A stretch of DNA of 64,000 nt from Octopus sinensis (lineage: Eukaryota): the NCBI RefSeq assembly GCF_006345805.1, contig NC_043005.1, forward strand, positions 64,790,001-64,854,000, read 5' to 3'. The notes under the pieces were generated by a model that worked only from the letters and a program-made list of their open reading frames with translations, had not been told where the DNA came from and did no database searches. Numbering within the stretch: position 1 is the first letter of the stretch; each line of letters starts with the position of its first letter. Of the stretch, positions 27,272-39,545 are shown piece by piece. The position numbers and the translations under genes are program-made.

Positions 27272-27592
27272 TTAAACAGAGTCATTGTAGTAAAGTTTCT
27301 AAACTTAACTCCTGCTATGAGTGTAACTTGGGAAATCATTCTAAGAAATCAATATAGCTGATCACTCATTGATGGATGCACGTAATTAGTAATGTATTCA
27401 TTGGAAGATACACCAAATTAATAAAAATTTACAATCTGTTTTGCACACAATAGATAAATGAAATGTGGATGAGATATGGTTGTGGATGTAAAAGAGACTA
27501 TTTTCTCTAGGTATATTTCTTCTTGAATTATACTTTGTCAGTACATTAATTAAAAACAAAAGTAATCATAGAAAACATCATCAAACTCATAC

Positions 27593-27758
27593 TTATTGAA
27601 TTTAAACATTCTACTTTTCCAATAAATCAGCTCAGCCTGGGGTCCAACATCATTCTCCTCTCGCCGTAGTTGCTCACTCTCAGCCAGCACTGTCTCTATC
27701 ATTGTGGACCATCCGTTTAATACGTTTTCTAATTTAAATACCAAGTCTCGATTTCCAG
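27593..27758 (-). CDS. DNAH5: Axonemal dynein heavy chain exon (start of DHC_N1 domain)
   Basis: Acceptor cttcttttacag and donor AATAA|gtatga, phase 1 to 2. Encodes GNRDLVFKLENVLNGWSTMIETVLAESEQLRREENDVGPQAELIYWKSRMFKFN, matching VLAE...[20 protein letters not shown]. Confidence 0.94.
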
Positions 27759-27985
27759 CTGTAAAAGAAGTAGGAAATAAATTCAAAGAAAATGTTCATT
27801 CTGACAGACAACAAATTTATCCTCAACAATTTTAGCATCTAAGAAGCTAGTGGGACTTCACTAAATGATGATTTATATTGCTTTTACAAACCCAAGGAGT
27901 TAAATTATTGCATTTCGGTTGCTGGGGACGTTTTAGAATTATTGAAATTAGTTCTCTTAATTGTATTAATATCATAGTTATTTAA

Positions 27986-28396
27986 CCCTTTAGCATTCAG
28001 GTTATTTTATCAAATGTAATGCTTATTTATTTATGTTTCTTTATTACCCACAAGGGGATAAACATAAAGGGGACAAACAAGAATAGACAAAGGGATGAAG
28101 TCGATTACATCGACCCCAGTGCATAACTGGTACTTAATCTATCGACCCTGAAAGGATGAAAGGCAAAGTCGACCTCAGTGGAATTTGAACTCAGAACGTA
28201 CCAGCAGACGAAATACGGCTACGCATTTCGCCCAGCATGCTAATTAATCTTGTATCACTTTGTAGCTTTGAAATTTTGAAGATGTAATCGTCGTTTAGTT
28301 TTAGAATGACATTACAGGGTAGGTGTGAGAGGCTGGATCTCACATAAAACAGGTAGTATACATGGCCCAAATATGACCTGTTTAAATGCCAAAGGG
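27986..28396 (+). mobile_element. piggyBac-like MITE, family 2, interrupted by a SINE
   Basis: ttaa-ccctttagcatt left end and aatgccaaaggg-ttat right end. A SINE occupies ~28035-28245. A partial relative is at ~11918-12060. Confidence 0.65.
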
Positions 28397-28575
28397 TTAT
28401 AGTATGTGGACATAGGCATGATTGAGTGGTCAACTTCACAATCATGAGGTTTCAGACTTAATCCTTCTGTGTGGTATCTCAGGTAAAGGTATCTACTATA
28501 GTTTTATGTCAACCCAGGTCTTGTGAGAGAATTTGGGCTGACAGAAACTGTATATAAGCTTGTCAGATGGACAGT

Positions 28576-29263
28576 ACTTATTCAAATGTGCAGCACACAA
28601 TTATTCAAAGGTCCAGCACACAGTTATTCAAGGATCCTACGCACAGTTATTCAAAGGTCCAGCACACAGTTTTTCAAAGGTCCAGCACACAGTTATTCAA
28701 AGGTCCAGCACACAGTTTTTCAAAGGTCCAGCACACAGTTATTCAAATGTCCAGCACACAGTTATTCAAAGGTCCAGCACACACTTATTCAAGGATCCTA
28801 TGCACAGTTATTCAAAGGTCCAGCACACAGTTATTCAAAGGTCCAGCACACAGTTTTTCAAAGGTCCAGCACACAGTTATTCAAAGGTCCAGCACACAGT
28901 TATTCAAAGGTTCAGCACACAGGTATTCAAAGGTCCAGCACACAGTTATTCAAAGGTCCAGCACACAGTTATTCAAAGGTTCAGCACACAGTTATTCAAA
29001 GGTCCAGCACACAGTTATTCAAAGGTCCAGCACACAGTTATTCAAAGGTCCAGCACACAGTTATTCAAAGGTCCAGCACACAGTTATTCAAAGGTCCAGC
29101 ACACAGTTATTCAAAGGTCCAGCACACAGTTATTAAAAAGTCCAGCACACAGTTATTCAAAGGTCCAGCACACAGTTATTAAAAGGTCCAGCACACAGTT
29201 ATTCAAAGGTCCAGCACACAGTTATTCAAAGATCAAGCACACAGTTATTCAAATATCCAACAC
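28576..29263. repeat. 23-bp minisatellite, ~30 copies (unit AGTTATTCAAAGGTCCAGCACAC)
   Basis: Direct head-to-tail units without spacers; variant units recur at multiples of 23 bp. Explains the three overlapping plus-strand ORFs. Confidence 0.97.
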
Positions 29264-30750
29264 TGTCATGTTGATTCTACCTAAGAAGTACATTGTGGGA
29301 TACTAAGCCATCTTCATACACTATGTAGGTTGTCCAGTTGATCAAACTGTATGCTCATACATTAAAATTAATGCAAGTGTTAATCATTTAAACTATTGCT
29401 AAATATATATCTGACATTGTGATAGTAAATTTTCAGCATACAAAGTCTATAAGGTGGGTTTTTTTTCCCTTTTGTAATGTGGGGTTCTTTTTTGTGAATG
29501 TTACAATCTCAAAATATTATCTTCTATAATATATAAATTTCTTATGTAAATTTATATAAATTTCTTATATAAATTTATATAAATATAAATTTATAGCAAG
29601 AAATATAGAACCTTCTGGTATATACCCAGAAGGTTTGATATTTCTTCCCAAAACAGAAACATTGCTACTTTTAAAATTTTATTAAATTGACTGTTGTAGA
29701 TGCAGACACAACTCTTCTTCGAATATTGTGCTGTTGTTTTCTCTTTATATGTCTCTGCTCTTTGCCTAATTATGTGTATTGTCTCTGTAAATGCCATGGC
29801 TAAGAATGTACCACCTTAACTAGGTGAAAAGATGACAGATAAGGAAAAATCAATGTAGACAAGAACAAAGTAAGTAGATACTTAGATATAACCAGAGAAA
29901 ATAAGAACCGGAAAAGAAATCAATAAAACAAAGAAATTATTGGAGACTTTAAATACTAAATGCCCCCCCCTACCAACATGGAACCTTAGCATCTAAAATT
30001 TGCATATATTTCAATGTTTTGAGTTGAATTATTCTGGGAGGTTTATTTAATTAAATAAGATGCAAAATGGCTAATTACACTGTGGCTTCCCATTAACTCC
30101 CTTCAATCAAGGAATCTTTGCATTCTGCATTTCCAGGTAAAATACTCCCACCCCAAATAGTATTCTCCAATGTGTGGTTTTGATAATAATTTTCCCTGCA
30201 GACTAAAGTATGTAGAATAGTACAGTTAAGAATGTAAGGTAATTTATAGTATAAAACTATATTACAACAAGAGCACTCAGAGAGTGCAAACCTCTGCCAA
30301 TGCAACAGCAATGTCCTCTCAACGATTAACCAGAGACGATTTTTAAAATGAGAATATATGAACTAAAATCCTTCATTGAATATCATGAGACCTTTTGGTT
30401 TTCTCTTCTCTTAAATTCCAGTCTTCCTTTAGTAATCCTGTTGCTTTAGATCAATGTATAGAATTATGTATATATGTAAATATACTGTAAAGTGTTAAAA
30501 CGTTCGTATAATCTCCTAATATAACAAGTGTAGACTTTTTCTATATTTGTGTGTGTGTGTGTATATATATCTATATATATATATATATGATAGAGCTGGT
30601 GTGAATGGTGAAGGTAGAGGAAATAAATGGCAAATAGAGCATTGCATGAATGATAAAGGAAGAAGTGATAGATGAATAACAAAAGAAGGAGTGAAAAAGC
30701 CAATAAACAGTGTTTGAAGTGTGAGTGTATGTGTGTGTAAAAGAGAGGTA

Positions 30751-30781
<31 letters not shown>

Positions 30782-31008
30782 ACAATGGAAATGGGATGGA
30801 AATTTTCAACGCTGAAAATGTGTGAGCATATGTGAGTATGTGTGCGCATGTACAAGACAACTATGTGAAACTTTACATGTACATGTAAAATAACGAAAAT
30901 ATAGAAAAATAATCCAGAATCCTTGTCTGGTATCTGATCGATCCCAAAATCTAATCAGTTCATGCCAAACATCCTCGAAAGTTTCATCTGAACATTTATT
31001 TAGCACAC

Positions 31009-31040
<32 letters not shown>

Positions 31041-31484
31041 GAAAAAGAGAACACCTATGCTGAACTATTGTGAAATCTTCAGTTACTTTATCCAGATTAC
31101 AAGTTCAGGTTTATATTTGTAATTATTGGGGCCCTGGGATATGTGACACACTGCCTAAATACCAATCTTAAGAAATTAGGTTTCTCAAAACCAGAAAGGA
31201 GAAAGCTAATTCGAAGATTACAGATCTAATCCATCACTAGAACTGTAAAAATCTATAAAACTTTTCAGAAGTTTATCATTTAAATATATATGAGCATGTT
31301 TAGATATACAAGTATATGCATGAGGATAAATACATAGAACATAAAAATCTGCACATACATACAAACAAAAATATCCTGTTGTTGATGTTGAAATTCCAAT
31401 GAAGGAACCTTGGATCTAAGAAACCAATTCTTTCTCTATTACCAATAAATTTTGAAATAAACTGAATAATGACATGCATACATG

Positions 31485-31600
31485 CATGTGTACATGATAC
31501 ATACATACATGCATGCATGCTACATACATACATACATACATACATATATACATACATTCATACATACATACATACATACATACATACATACATACATACA
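31485..31600. repeat. (CATA)n/(CATG)n microsatellite
   Basis: Direct inspection. Confidence 0.92.
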
Positions 31601-31911
31601 TTCACACACAATGAGCATCTTTCAGTTTCTGTCTAAATCCCCTCACAAAGCTTTGGATTGTTCAGAGCTATAGTAGAAGACACTTGCCCAAGATGCTACA
31701 GAGTGGGACTGAACCTGAAACCACATGGCTTGGATCTAAGTCTCTTAAACAGACCACCATGCTTGTGCTTACAAAAGAATATAAAATATACTTCATGAAG
31801 GTGAGAACATTTGGTGGAAAATTATAAGATTTTAGGATAGGCAAAGAGAGAAATTATGTTCTCTATTTCTGAATTATTACACAACCCATTATTGAAACAT
31901 ATATACAGTAC

Positions 31912-32107
31912 CTGCAACATTACAATCAAGTGGAAAGGAGACGTCTTTCAATAGTTCTTTGGTTTCTGTAAATGATAGAATTAACCGTTGTTCAAGAGTG
32001 ATGACAGCTCGTGACAAGCTATTGGCATAAACTTTCAACTGCATTTGTTCCAAGATATTTTCATCTTTAATTCTTGACTTGTTGCCAGGATAGAGTGTAG
32101 TTAAAGA
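31912..32107 (-). CDS. DNAH5: Axonemal dynein heavy chain exon, most 5' exon confidently placed
   Basis: Acceptor tattctttgcag and donor GCAG|gtactg, phase 0 to 1, which fits the next exon. Encodes SLTTLYPGNKSRIKDENILEQMQLKVYANSLSRAVITLEQRLILSFTETKELLKDVSFPLDCNVA, weakly similar to the DNAH5 segment preceding DHC_N1. Confidence 0.8.
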
Positions 32108-32344
32108 CTGCAAAGAATAAAGTTTTCAGAGAAAATAACAGAACTGCAAAACGGGTCATTGTTAAATGCAAAAGAATTTAAGCTATTTCCCATCACCTGT
32201 TTCCAAATAATGGTCCTTATCATAATCTCTAATATGAACCCAATAATTTATTGAAGTTACCATCATAGTGATTAATACATCAATTATCACTGCAAACAAA
32301 TATTTAATACATTCAATGTCAATGCTATCAGTTTTCAGTATATC

Positions 32345-32757
32345 TATAATCTTTTATTCTTTTATTTGTTTCAGTCATCTGACTGTGGTCATGCTGGGGT
32401 GCCGCCTTTAGTTGAACAAATCAACCCCAGGACCTATTCTTTGTAAACCTAGTACTTATTCTATCGGTCTCTTTTGCTGAACGGTTAAGTTACAGGGAGA
32501 TAAACACACCAGCATCGGTTGTCAGGCAATGGTGATGGGACAAACACACACACACACAAACATACATACATATACATATAGAGAGAGATATATACGAGGA
32601 GCTTCTTTCAATTTCTGTCTACCAAATCCACTCACAAGGCTTTGGTCGGCTTGAGGCTATAGTAGAAAACACTTGTCAAATGTGCCACACAGTGGGACTG
32701 AACCCAGAACCATTGGTTGGTAAGCAACCTACCAACTACACAGCCACTCTTACACCT
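32345..32757 (-). mobile_element. SINE family A
   Basis: Reverse-complement homolog of 1148-1560. Confidence 0.85.
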
Positions 32758-32769
32758 ATATCTATAATC

Positions 32770-32800
<31 letters not shown>

Positions 32801-33519
32801 CATGAAGAAAAAACTGTGCTCATGACACTTTTCAGAGCTTCCAAGGCTAATTGGAAGAAGAGAGGAAGAAATCTTCAAAGCAGTGAACTCAATGAAGTGC
32901 TTGTAAAAGAGTGGACTCCACTATAAGCACCAGAAGATGAGATTACAGTTGAATGCAGTGAATGTTTTTGTTGGTAATGTTTTTCTCAAGCTCTCATTAA
33001 AGTCATAACATAGGTGTTAACCATGAGTGGTTGACTACTTTACACACACACACAAGCTATAGAGAAATATAACAGGAAACATCCCTTTAAATTGCGTTTT
33101 TTCTTTTCTTAGCCATATTACACACACTTGGCCTGATATCCTTTGAACATATGAACAAATTCTCACCTGTTGGATAGAGTGAAACACCTATGCAAAAACT
33201 TGAATTTTACTATATGGTTAATGATACACATGATCTCAATACTTATGAACTCTCACTAGCAGTAAAGGAGCATCAAGATCCAGCAGCATTAGTCATCATT
33301 GAAGAATTAGATTTTAAATATGCTATCCAAATCCAAATCTGTCGATTTCTAAGTTTATCACAATTGAAAAGCTCTCAGTCCTGTAAGTTTGGAAACACAA
33401 TAGAAGACCTGATGAGAGACTGACTTGGTGGGAGGAGTAATTAGACAATTGCATTCACATTCACTGCCTGTCTGAAAAAAATTATAATTTCCTTCAGTTC
33501 GGTTCAAGAGAAATAATGC

Positions 33520-34262
33520 TAGGCACAGGAGTGGCTGTGTGGTAAGTAGCTTGCTTACCAACCACATGGTCATGATTTCAGTCCCACTGCATGGCACCTT
33601 GGTCTTCTACTATAGCCTCGGGCCAACCAAAGCCTTGTGAGTGGATTTGGTAGATGGAAACTGGAAGAAGCTCATTGTATATCATCATCATCATCATCAT
33701 CATTTAGCGTCCGCTTTCCATGCTAGCATGGGTTGGACGGTTCAACTGGGGTCTGGGAAGCCTGAAGGCTGCACCAGGCCCAGTCTGATCTGGCAGTGTT
33801 TCTACGGCTGGATGCCCTTCCTAACGCCAACCACTCTGTGAGTGTAGTGGGTGCTTTTTACGTGCCATCCGCACAGGTGCCAGACGGGGCTGGCAAACGG
33901 CCACGGATGGATGGTGCTTTTTACGTGCCACCGGTACGGGGGCCAGGCAAGGCTGGCAACAGTCGCGATCGGATGGTGCTTTTTACGTGCCACCGGCGTA
34001 TATATATATATATTTGTGTATATATATATGTATATATGTGTATGTATATGTGTGTGTGTCAGTGTTTGTCCCCACCAACATCACTTGACAACTGATGCTG
34101 GTGTGTTTACGTCCCCGCAACTTAGCAGTTCGGCAAAAGAGACCGATAGAATAAGTACTAGGCTTACAAAGAATAAGCTCTGGGGTCAATTTGTTCGACT
34201 AAAGGTGGTACTCCAGCATGGCTGCAGTCAAATGACTGAAACAAGTAAAAGAGAGAAAAAAG
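33520..34262 (+). mobile_element. SINE family A interrupted by a family B SINE (33668-34000)
   Basis: Family A head 33520-33668 and tail 34040-34262, with a (CAT)n-tailed element between them. Confidence 0.8.
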
Positions 34263-34439
34263 AGTAAGTCATTGAGTAAGAATGTTAGCAGTATTGCTGT
34301 TGATATATTGTCTAGGATGCTATTGTAGCCTGAAGTTAATCTTGTTGAACAGCCAACTCCAACTTGAAGAACAAGAAAGAAACAAAAACAAAGATATTGC
34401 TTTTGTTGCAGTGGAAAACATTCTCTTGATTCCTACCAT

Positions 34440-34842
34440 TACAGGCTGTGTGGTAAGTAGCTTGCCTACCAACCACATAGTTCCGGGTTCAGTCCCACTG
34501 CGTGGCACTTTGGGCAAGTGTCTTATACTATAGCCTCGGGTCAACCATGGCCTTGAGAGTGGATTTGATGGACAGAGGCTGGGGTGGGGGCCCGTCATAT
34601 GTATGTATATATATATGTATGTATGTGTATATGTTTGTGTTTGTCCCCTCAACATCGCTTGACAACCAATGCTGGTGTGTTTATGTCCCCGTAACTTAGT
34701 AGTTCGGCATAAGAGGCCAATAGAATAAGTACTAGGCTTACAAAAAATAAGTCCTGGGGTTGATTTGCTTGACTAAAGGTGGTGCTCCAGCATGGCCACA
34801 GTCAAATGACTGAAACAAGTAAAAGAGTAAAATGAGTAAAGA
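34440..34842 (+). mobile_element. SINE family A
   Basis: Homolog of 1148-1560. Confidence 0.82.
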
Positions 34843-34949
34843 GAACTGGTCACATATCACTAGTATGTTTGACACAGAAGCATACACAAAGGGCTGGAAG
34901 CCAGAAAACTCACAAAGTTGGCAGCGGAAAACCATTGGGTGAAACCAGA

Positions 34950-35610
34950 TCCCTTGCAGACTACGACCATAATTTAGAATATAAATTATTCAACCTCCAG
35001 GGAAATTGTTCAACAGGCAAATTCATTATTAGCAATAGTAGACATTAATGACAATCATGCTAAGACAAGAGTTGACACCAGAGCAACTATGTCGCTGATT
35101 AATCACATCACATTTGAAACCTGTGAATTGAACCTGATGAGCCAAAACCTAAACCATCACGTTACGTAGTGTTTGTGGACTGAAGTCTGTTGCCTGAAAT
35201 TATGTGTGGTAACCTGAAGAACTCTTGCCTCTATCAATGCATCAAAATCAGAATATGATAGTTAATATCTGTTCACCATCATATTCAGACTTGAATTTAC
35301 TCAATACTTACAATAATCTTTATCATCACAACTAAAAAGTTAAAGCATGGTTTTGCTACTGCTAATTGTTAGCAATGGTGAGCCATATTTTGCCAGTTCA
35401 GATTTTACCAAATTCCCACTGTGGAATGGTATGAGGTACCATCTTGTAAGGCTCCAGTATTAGGTGTCAAATGGTTGGACTGAATGCTCAGTTGGACTTG
35501 TGAAATATAGAGTACAGAAAATGTCCAGGAGAATGTTAATAACTGTTCTGATTTCTTTTCACATGCTGCACAATACTCCTTACTATTATGAGAATTGCTT
35601 CTGCAATATT
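34950..35610 (+). mobile_element. Gypsy/Ty3 LTR retrotransposon pol relic (protease and integrase fragments)
   Basis: VDINDNHAKTRVDTRATMSLI resembles an aspartic protease DTGA motif. IVSNGEPYFASSDF and SNGWTECSVGLVK...HNTP resemble the integrase core. Confidence 0.65.
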
Positions 35611-36540
35611 ACCGGTGGTTCAACATTTGTACACCAATCTAACTGTATAAACTTCACACAAATTGGTGTATAATATAGATTATATATTAACAGCAATAGC
35701 ACTAACATTCTTATCAGCACTCAATTATTTCTCAAGCTGAAGGAAATTATAATTTTCTTCAGCCAGAATGTGAATGTGAATGCAATCATCTACTTATTTC
35801 TCATACTAAGTCTCTGTCTCCACTCACAGAACTGAAAGAGATTTACAATTGTGATAAACTTAGGAACTGACTCTCACTTTATAACTGTCAGAAATCCATG
35901 GCCACCCTAACAACTAACACAAAATGTCTTCTCATTATCCTTCTCAGATGCATGCCCAGAGCAAGCCAGTTTATTCAGACCTTAAATCCTCTATGTTAGG
36001 TATGCTCTACTGTAGTTTTCTTAAATCTCAAGTTTCTTGTGATTAGTTAGCCACATAATAGTAAAAGCTGACTTTGTGTCTCTCATAGTTCAACTATCAG
36101 GAGGATGAGTTATTCTATGCCATTAGAACCATAAGTTTCCTCATTGTGTGCCTGAATCAACAGCACCCAAGGAGGTCTACGATGAATCAGAACCTTGTGG
36201 TGTAGAGCTAAAATTGCCTACAAACACAGCACCTCCAGTTCCCCACCACTTTGTCCTTTTTCAGCAGATACTGCTTGTATTTGGTGAATTACCTTATAAA
36301 AGAACAACCTGACCGAATATCAATGTACTCTATGTCACTATTTCTGTCATGATGATCCAGTCAAACAAAACATCCAGTTTAGTTTATACAAACAGACAAT
36401 CATTCCTCTTTAATATTTTATATAAACAACAAACGGAAAAAAGAATTATTGGAATTTTTAGAAAGTTCCTGACCTTTTCTTTATTATTCTTCATACTGAA
36501 TAGAGATACTGAGAGAAAGAATAATCCCTAGCTACCTTAA

Positions 36541-36760
36541 CCCTTTTGTTACTGTATTTATTTTGAGATGCTCTATGTTTCTTTCAATTATTTTAAATAT
36601 AACAAAGAATTTAGTAAAATAACTTAATTGTCATTAAGCTAGTGTTAAGAATATAAATTGTGACTAAGGTTTGCTGGAAGATTTTAATTCAAAACTTATG
36701 AAACAAAACATTTGTACTACAGAGCCAGAGACAGTTTTAGCGAGGTTAGTAATGAAAGGG
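36541..36760 (-). mobile_element. piggyBac-like MITE, family 1
   Basis: TTAA TSDs (36537-40, 36761-64); reverse-complement homolog of 27051-27271. Confidence 0.85.
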
Positions 36761-37238
36761 TTAAAAAGGTCAGAAGGGCAGTCTGCATTATTTTTTTTGT
36801 CTCTGTTTCAAATTGTAATGTTCCATTCCATGAACCAATATAACAGTTCTAAACTGATGTGATGTAATCTGTGAATTTACATAAAGGAACTAGTTAAGCT
36901 ACACCAAAAGATTTTCCATGAGTGGGCACAAAACATGGTATTTTGAACAAATGGTTAGATAAAAGCACTGAACCAAGAAATTTGGCATGGTGTTTTCATG
37001 TATGAGAGAAACACACTATAACAACAACAGCAGCAACACTTTCTAATATAGGCACAAGGCCTGAAATTCTAGGGGAGAGGCTAGTCAATTACATTGACCG
37101 CAGTGTTCAATTGGTACTTATTTTATCGATCCAGAAACGATGAAAGGCAAAGTTGGCCTCACAGAATTTGAACCCAGAATGTAAAGACAGATGAAATGCC
37201 ATTAGCATGCTAATGATTCAGCCAGTTTGTTGCTTTAA

Positions 37239-37461
37239 CCCTTTCATTATTAACCTGGCTAAAACTTGCTGTGGCTCTATAGTACAAATGTCTTGTTTTC
37301 AAAAGTTCTGAATTAAAATCTTCCACGAAACCTTAGTCACAATTTAGATTATTAACACTAGCTTAATGGTAACTAAGTTATTTTACTAACTTCTTTGTTA
37401 TATATTTAAAGTAATTGAAAGAAACACAGAGCATCTCAAATTAAATACAGTAGTGAAAGGG
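37239..37461 (+). mobile_element. piggyBac-like MITE, family 1
   Basis: TTAA TSDs (37235-38, 37462-65); same orientation as 27051-27271. Confidence 0.85.
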
Positions 37462-38949
37462 TTAAACATAATAACAGTAATAACAATTCAATCTTTCCTT
37501 TGTTGACCACAAGGGCTCAAAGAGATATGAAACAAAACAAACTTTTGCTAGGGCTTACACAGAAAGACATGATATCGTAAAGTATAATGTTTTGCTAAAG
37601 GTGATGTCTTGTTAAACCTACTTTGAGCATTTTTCCATATTGTAGCAGAGGATCATACGTTAAAAAAATGTACATACAAGCAAAATAACAAAAACAAAAA
37701 AAAAAAAAAAAAACAAAAATGAACTCCTAGTTGAGAGAGTCCTTCAAGGGCTACTTTTGGAAACCCCACAAAACCACAGCCACCCTAACAACTAACACAA
37801 AATGCCTTCTCCTCATTATCCTTCTCAGATGCATTCCCAGAGCAAGCCAGTTTATTCTGGCCTTAATTACCACTCTCACTGACCTTCCAACAAGTTTGTT
37901 GAGATACCCTCTCCACCCTAATTTTCTTTTTCACATGAAACTTGAAATGTTGGTGAGGGCTTGTGTTTCTTTGATGTGTGTATTGGGGCACAAATGTTTA
38001 GTCAGATGCAATTTCAGTCTGTTTCTAAGCTACATCTTCTTCAGTTTTAGAGATACAGCAGAGAGTGCCATAAATTATAATTTCTCTCAATATGACCAGG
38101 AGAGAAAATTTAAGCTACTTCCATTTTTTCATAAGCAGGGGTACATATTTTTTCTCTTTACTCTCTCCTAGATTATTTCCAGCGGAAAAGAAATGTTACT
38201 AGGTATTAAAAATTTCTCCCTTCTACATTTTTTCTTGTGCTTGAGATACATCCAGAAATTTTATCTCTTCATATTATTTTCTTCCTTCATTTTGCACCAA
38301 AGGAAGGTTTTTTTTCTCATAGCTGCTTTTTGAATGGACCACAGAATTTGGAATTGTATAAGAGTTTCTACTATTACAGTCACTGTTATTGCTGCCATCA
38401 TCCAAATTTCTTATTTGAGTATTTTGGACACACTTGTTGCAATAAATTGTTCACTAGATTGCTAATTTTCTTCTTCCTTTTGTACATTTACTTCTGTGTC
38501 TTTTGATTCTGTGATATTTTTGCAGCCATTATAATGTCTTGCTGCCTGGAAAAATTATATGTGGTTGCCATTTTTCGATGTGAAAATATAATGCATGCAA
38601 ATACAGATTTAAAAGCCTTTGCAACAAACCATTTTTACTTTCTATTATTTGCCCTATGGGAGGAGGTGGGCTGGCTGAATCATTAATATGCCGGACAAGA
38701 TGCTTCACGGCATTTTATCCGGCTTCACATTCTGGGATCAAATTTTGCCAAGAGTGACTTTGCTTTCATCCTTTCAGGATTGATAAAATAATTACCATTT
38801 GAGCACTGGTACTTATTCTATCGATGTTATCAAACTAGCCACCTTCTTCAAAATTCCAGATAGAGAGAATTATCTACCCAGGTTATCAAAGGCAGCCATC
38901 TTGCACTCTTTAGCATTTACAACAGCCATATCCAACCCAAATATTTTAC

Positions 38950-38989
38950 CTGCTTTATGTTCAAAGCAGTCACATCTGCCCTTTCACAC
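38950..38989 (-). CDS. Candidate upstream dynein micro-exon
   Basis: Donor AAGCAG|gtaaaa, with acceptor gtgtag (or ttttag, start 38994). Encodes (R)CERADVTALNIKQ, resembling DNAH5 RTDPSKAITPDNIHQ, which also ends at an exon boundary as I recall. The exon that should link it to 32107 was not found. Confidence 0.3.
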
Positions 38990-39339
38990 CTACACTAAAA
39001 TGTTATACTAAAAGTTAATGATATCATTGAAATGAAAAAGCTATGAGATAATGCATGACGTTAATTCAAAGCAATGTGAATAAATAAGATTTATATTCGA
39101 CAGAGTAACATGAATGCTAAAAGATAAAGTGATTATAGCTCTTGTTAGAAATACTCCAAAGAAAATTTTATATGATAATGCTTGAAATAAAATGTTTTGA
39201 AAGGAAATTAAAAAGGATGCCATAATATTATAAGAGTCAATGCCAACAACGACAGCAACAATAACAATAATAATTATTCCTGTTTAATAATAGACTCCTC
39301 TCTCTCCCTCCCTTTCTCTCTCTCTCTCTGGGTAACCTA

Positions 39340-39545
39340 TTTCTTTACTACCCACAAGGGGCTAAACACAGAGAGGACAAACAAGGACAGACAAACGGAT
39401 TAGGTCGATTATATCGACCCCAGTGCATAACTGGTACTTAATTTATTGACCCTGAAAGGATGAAAGCAAATTTGAACTCAGAACGTGGCAGCAGACGAAA
39501 TACTGCTAAGCATTTCAACCGGCGTGCTAATGTTTCTGCCAGATC
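39340..39545 (-). mobile_element. SINE family C
   Basis: Homolog of 22760-22990. Confidence 0.8.

Noticed and set aside
28523-29306. Three long overlapping ORFs and a CRISPR-like look
   Set aside because: Pure 23-bp tandem repeat with no unique spacers and no cas genes, in a eukaryotic intron; the ORFs arise because the unit has no stop in any plus-strand frame.
29591-29797. 68-aa ORF that looks protein-like
   Set aside because: Resembles a decayed RTE RT segment (IRQxAE...LW...GI..K) and does not fit the dynein exon chain.
32196-32290. Open frame VIIDVLITMMVTSINYW... with AG/GT boundaries just upstream of exon 31912-32107
   Set aside because: Phases (1 to 1) do not fit the phase-0 start of the next exon, and similarity to dynein is not convincing.
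38240-38545. Strong acceptor (tttttccag) followed by coding-looking sequence on the minus strand
   Set aside because: All frames hit stops or lack dynein similarity; probably a decayed transposon.
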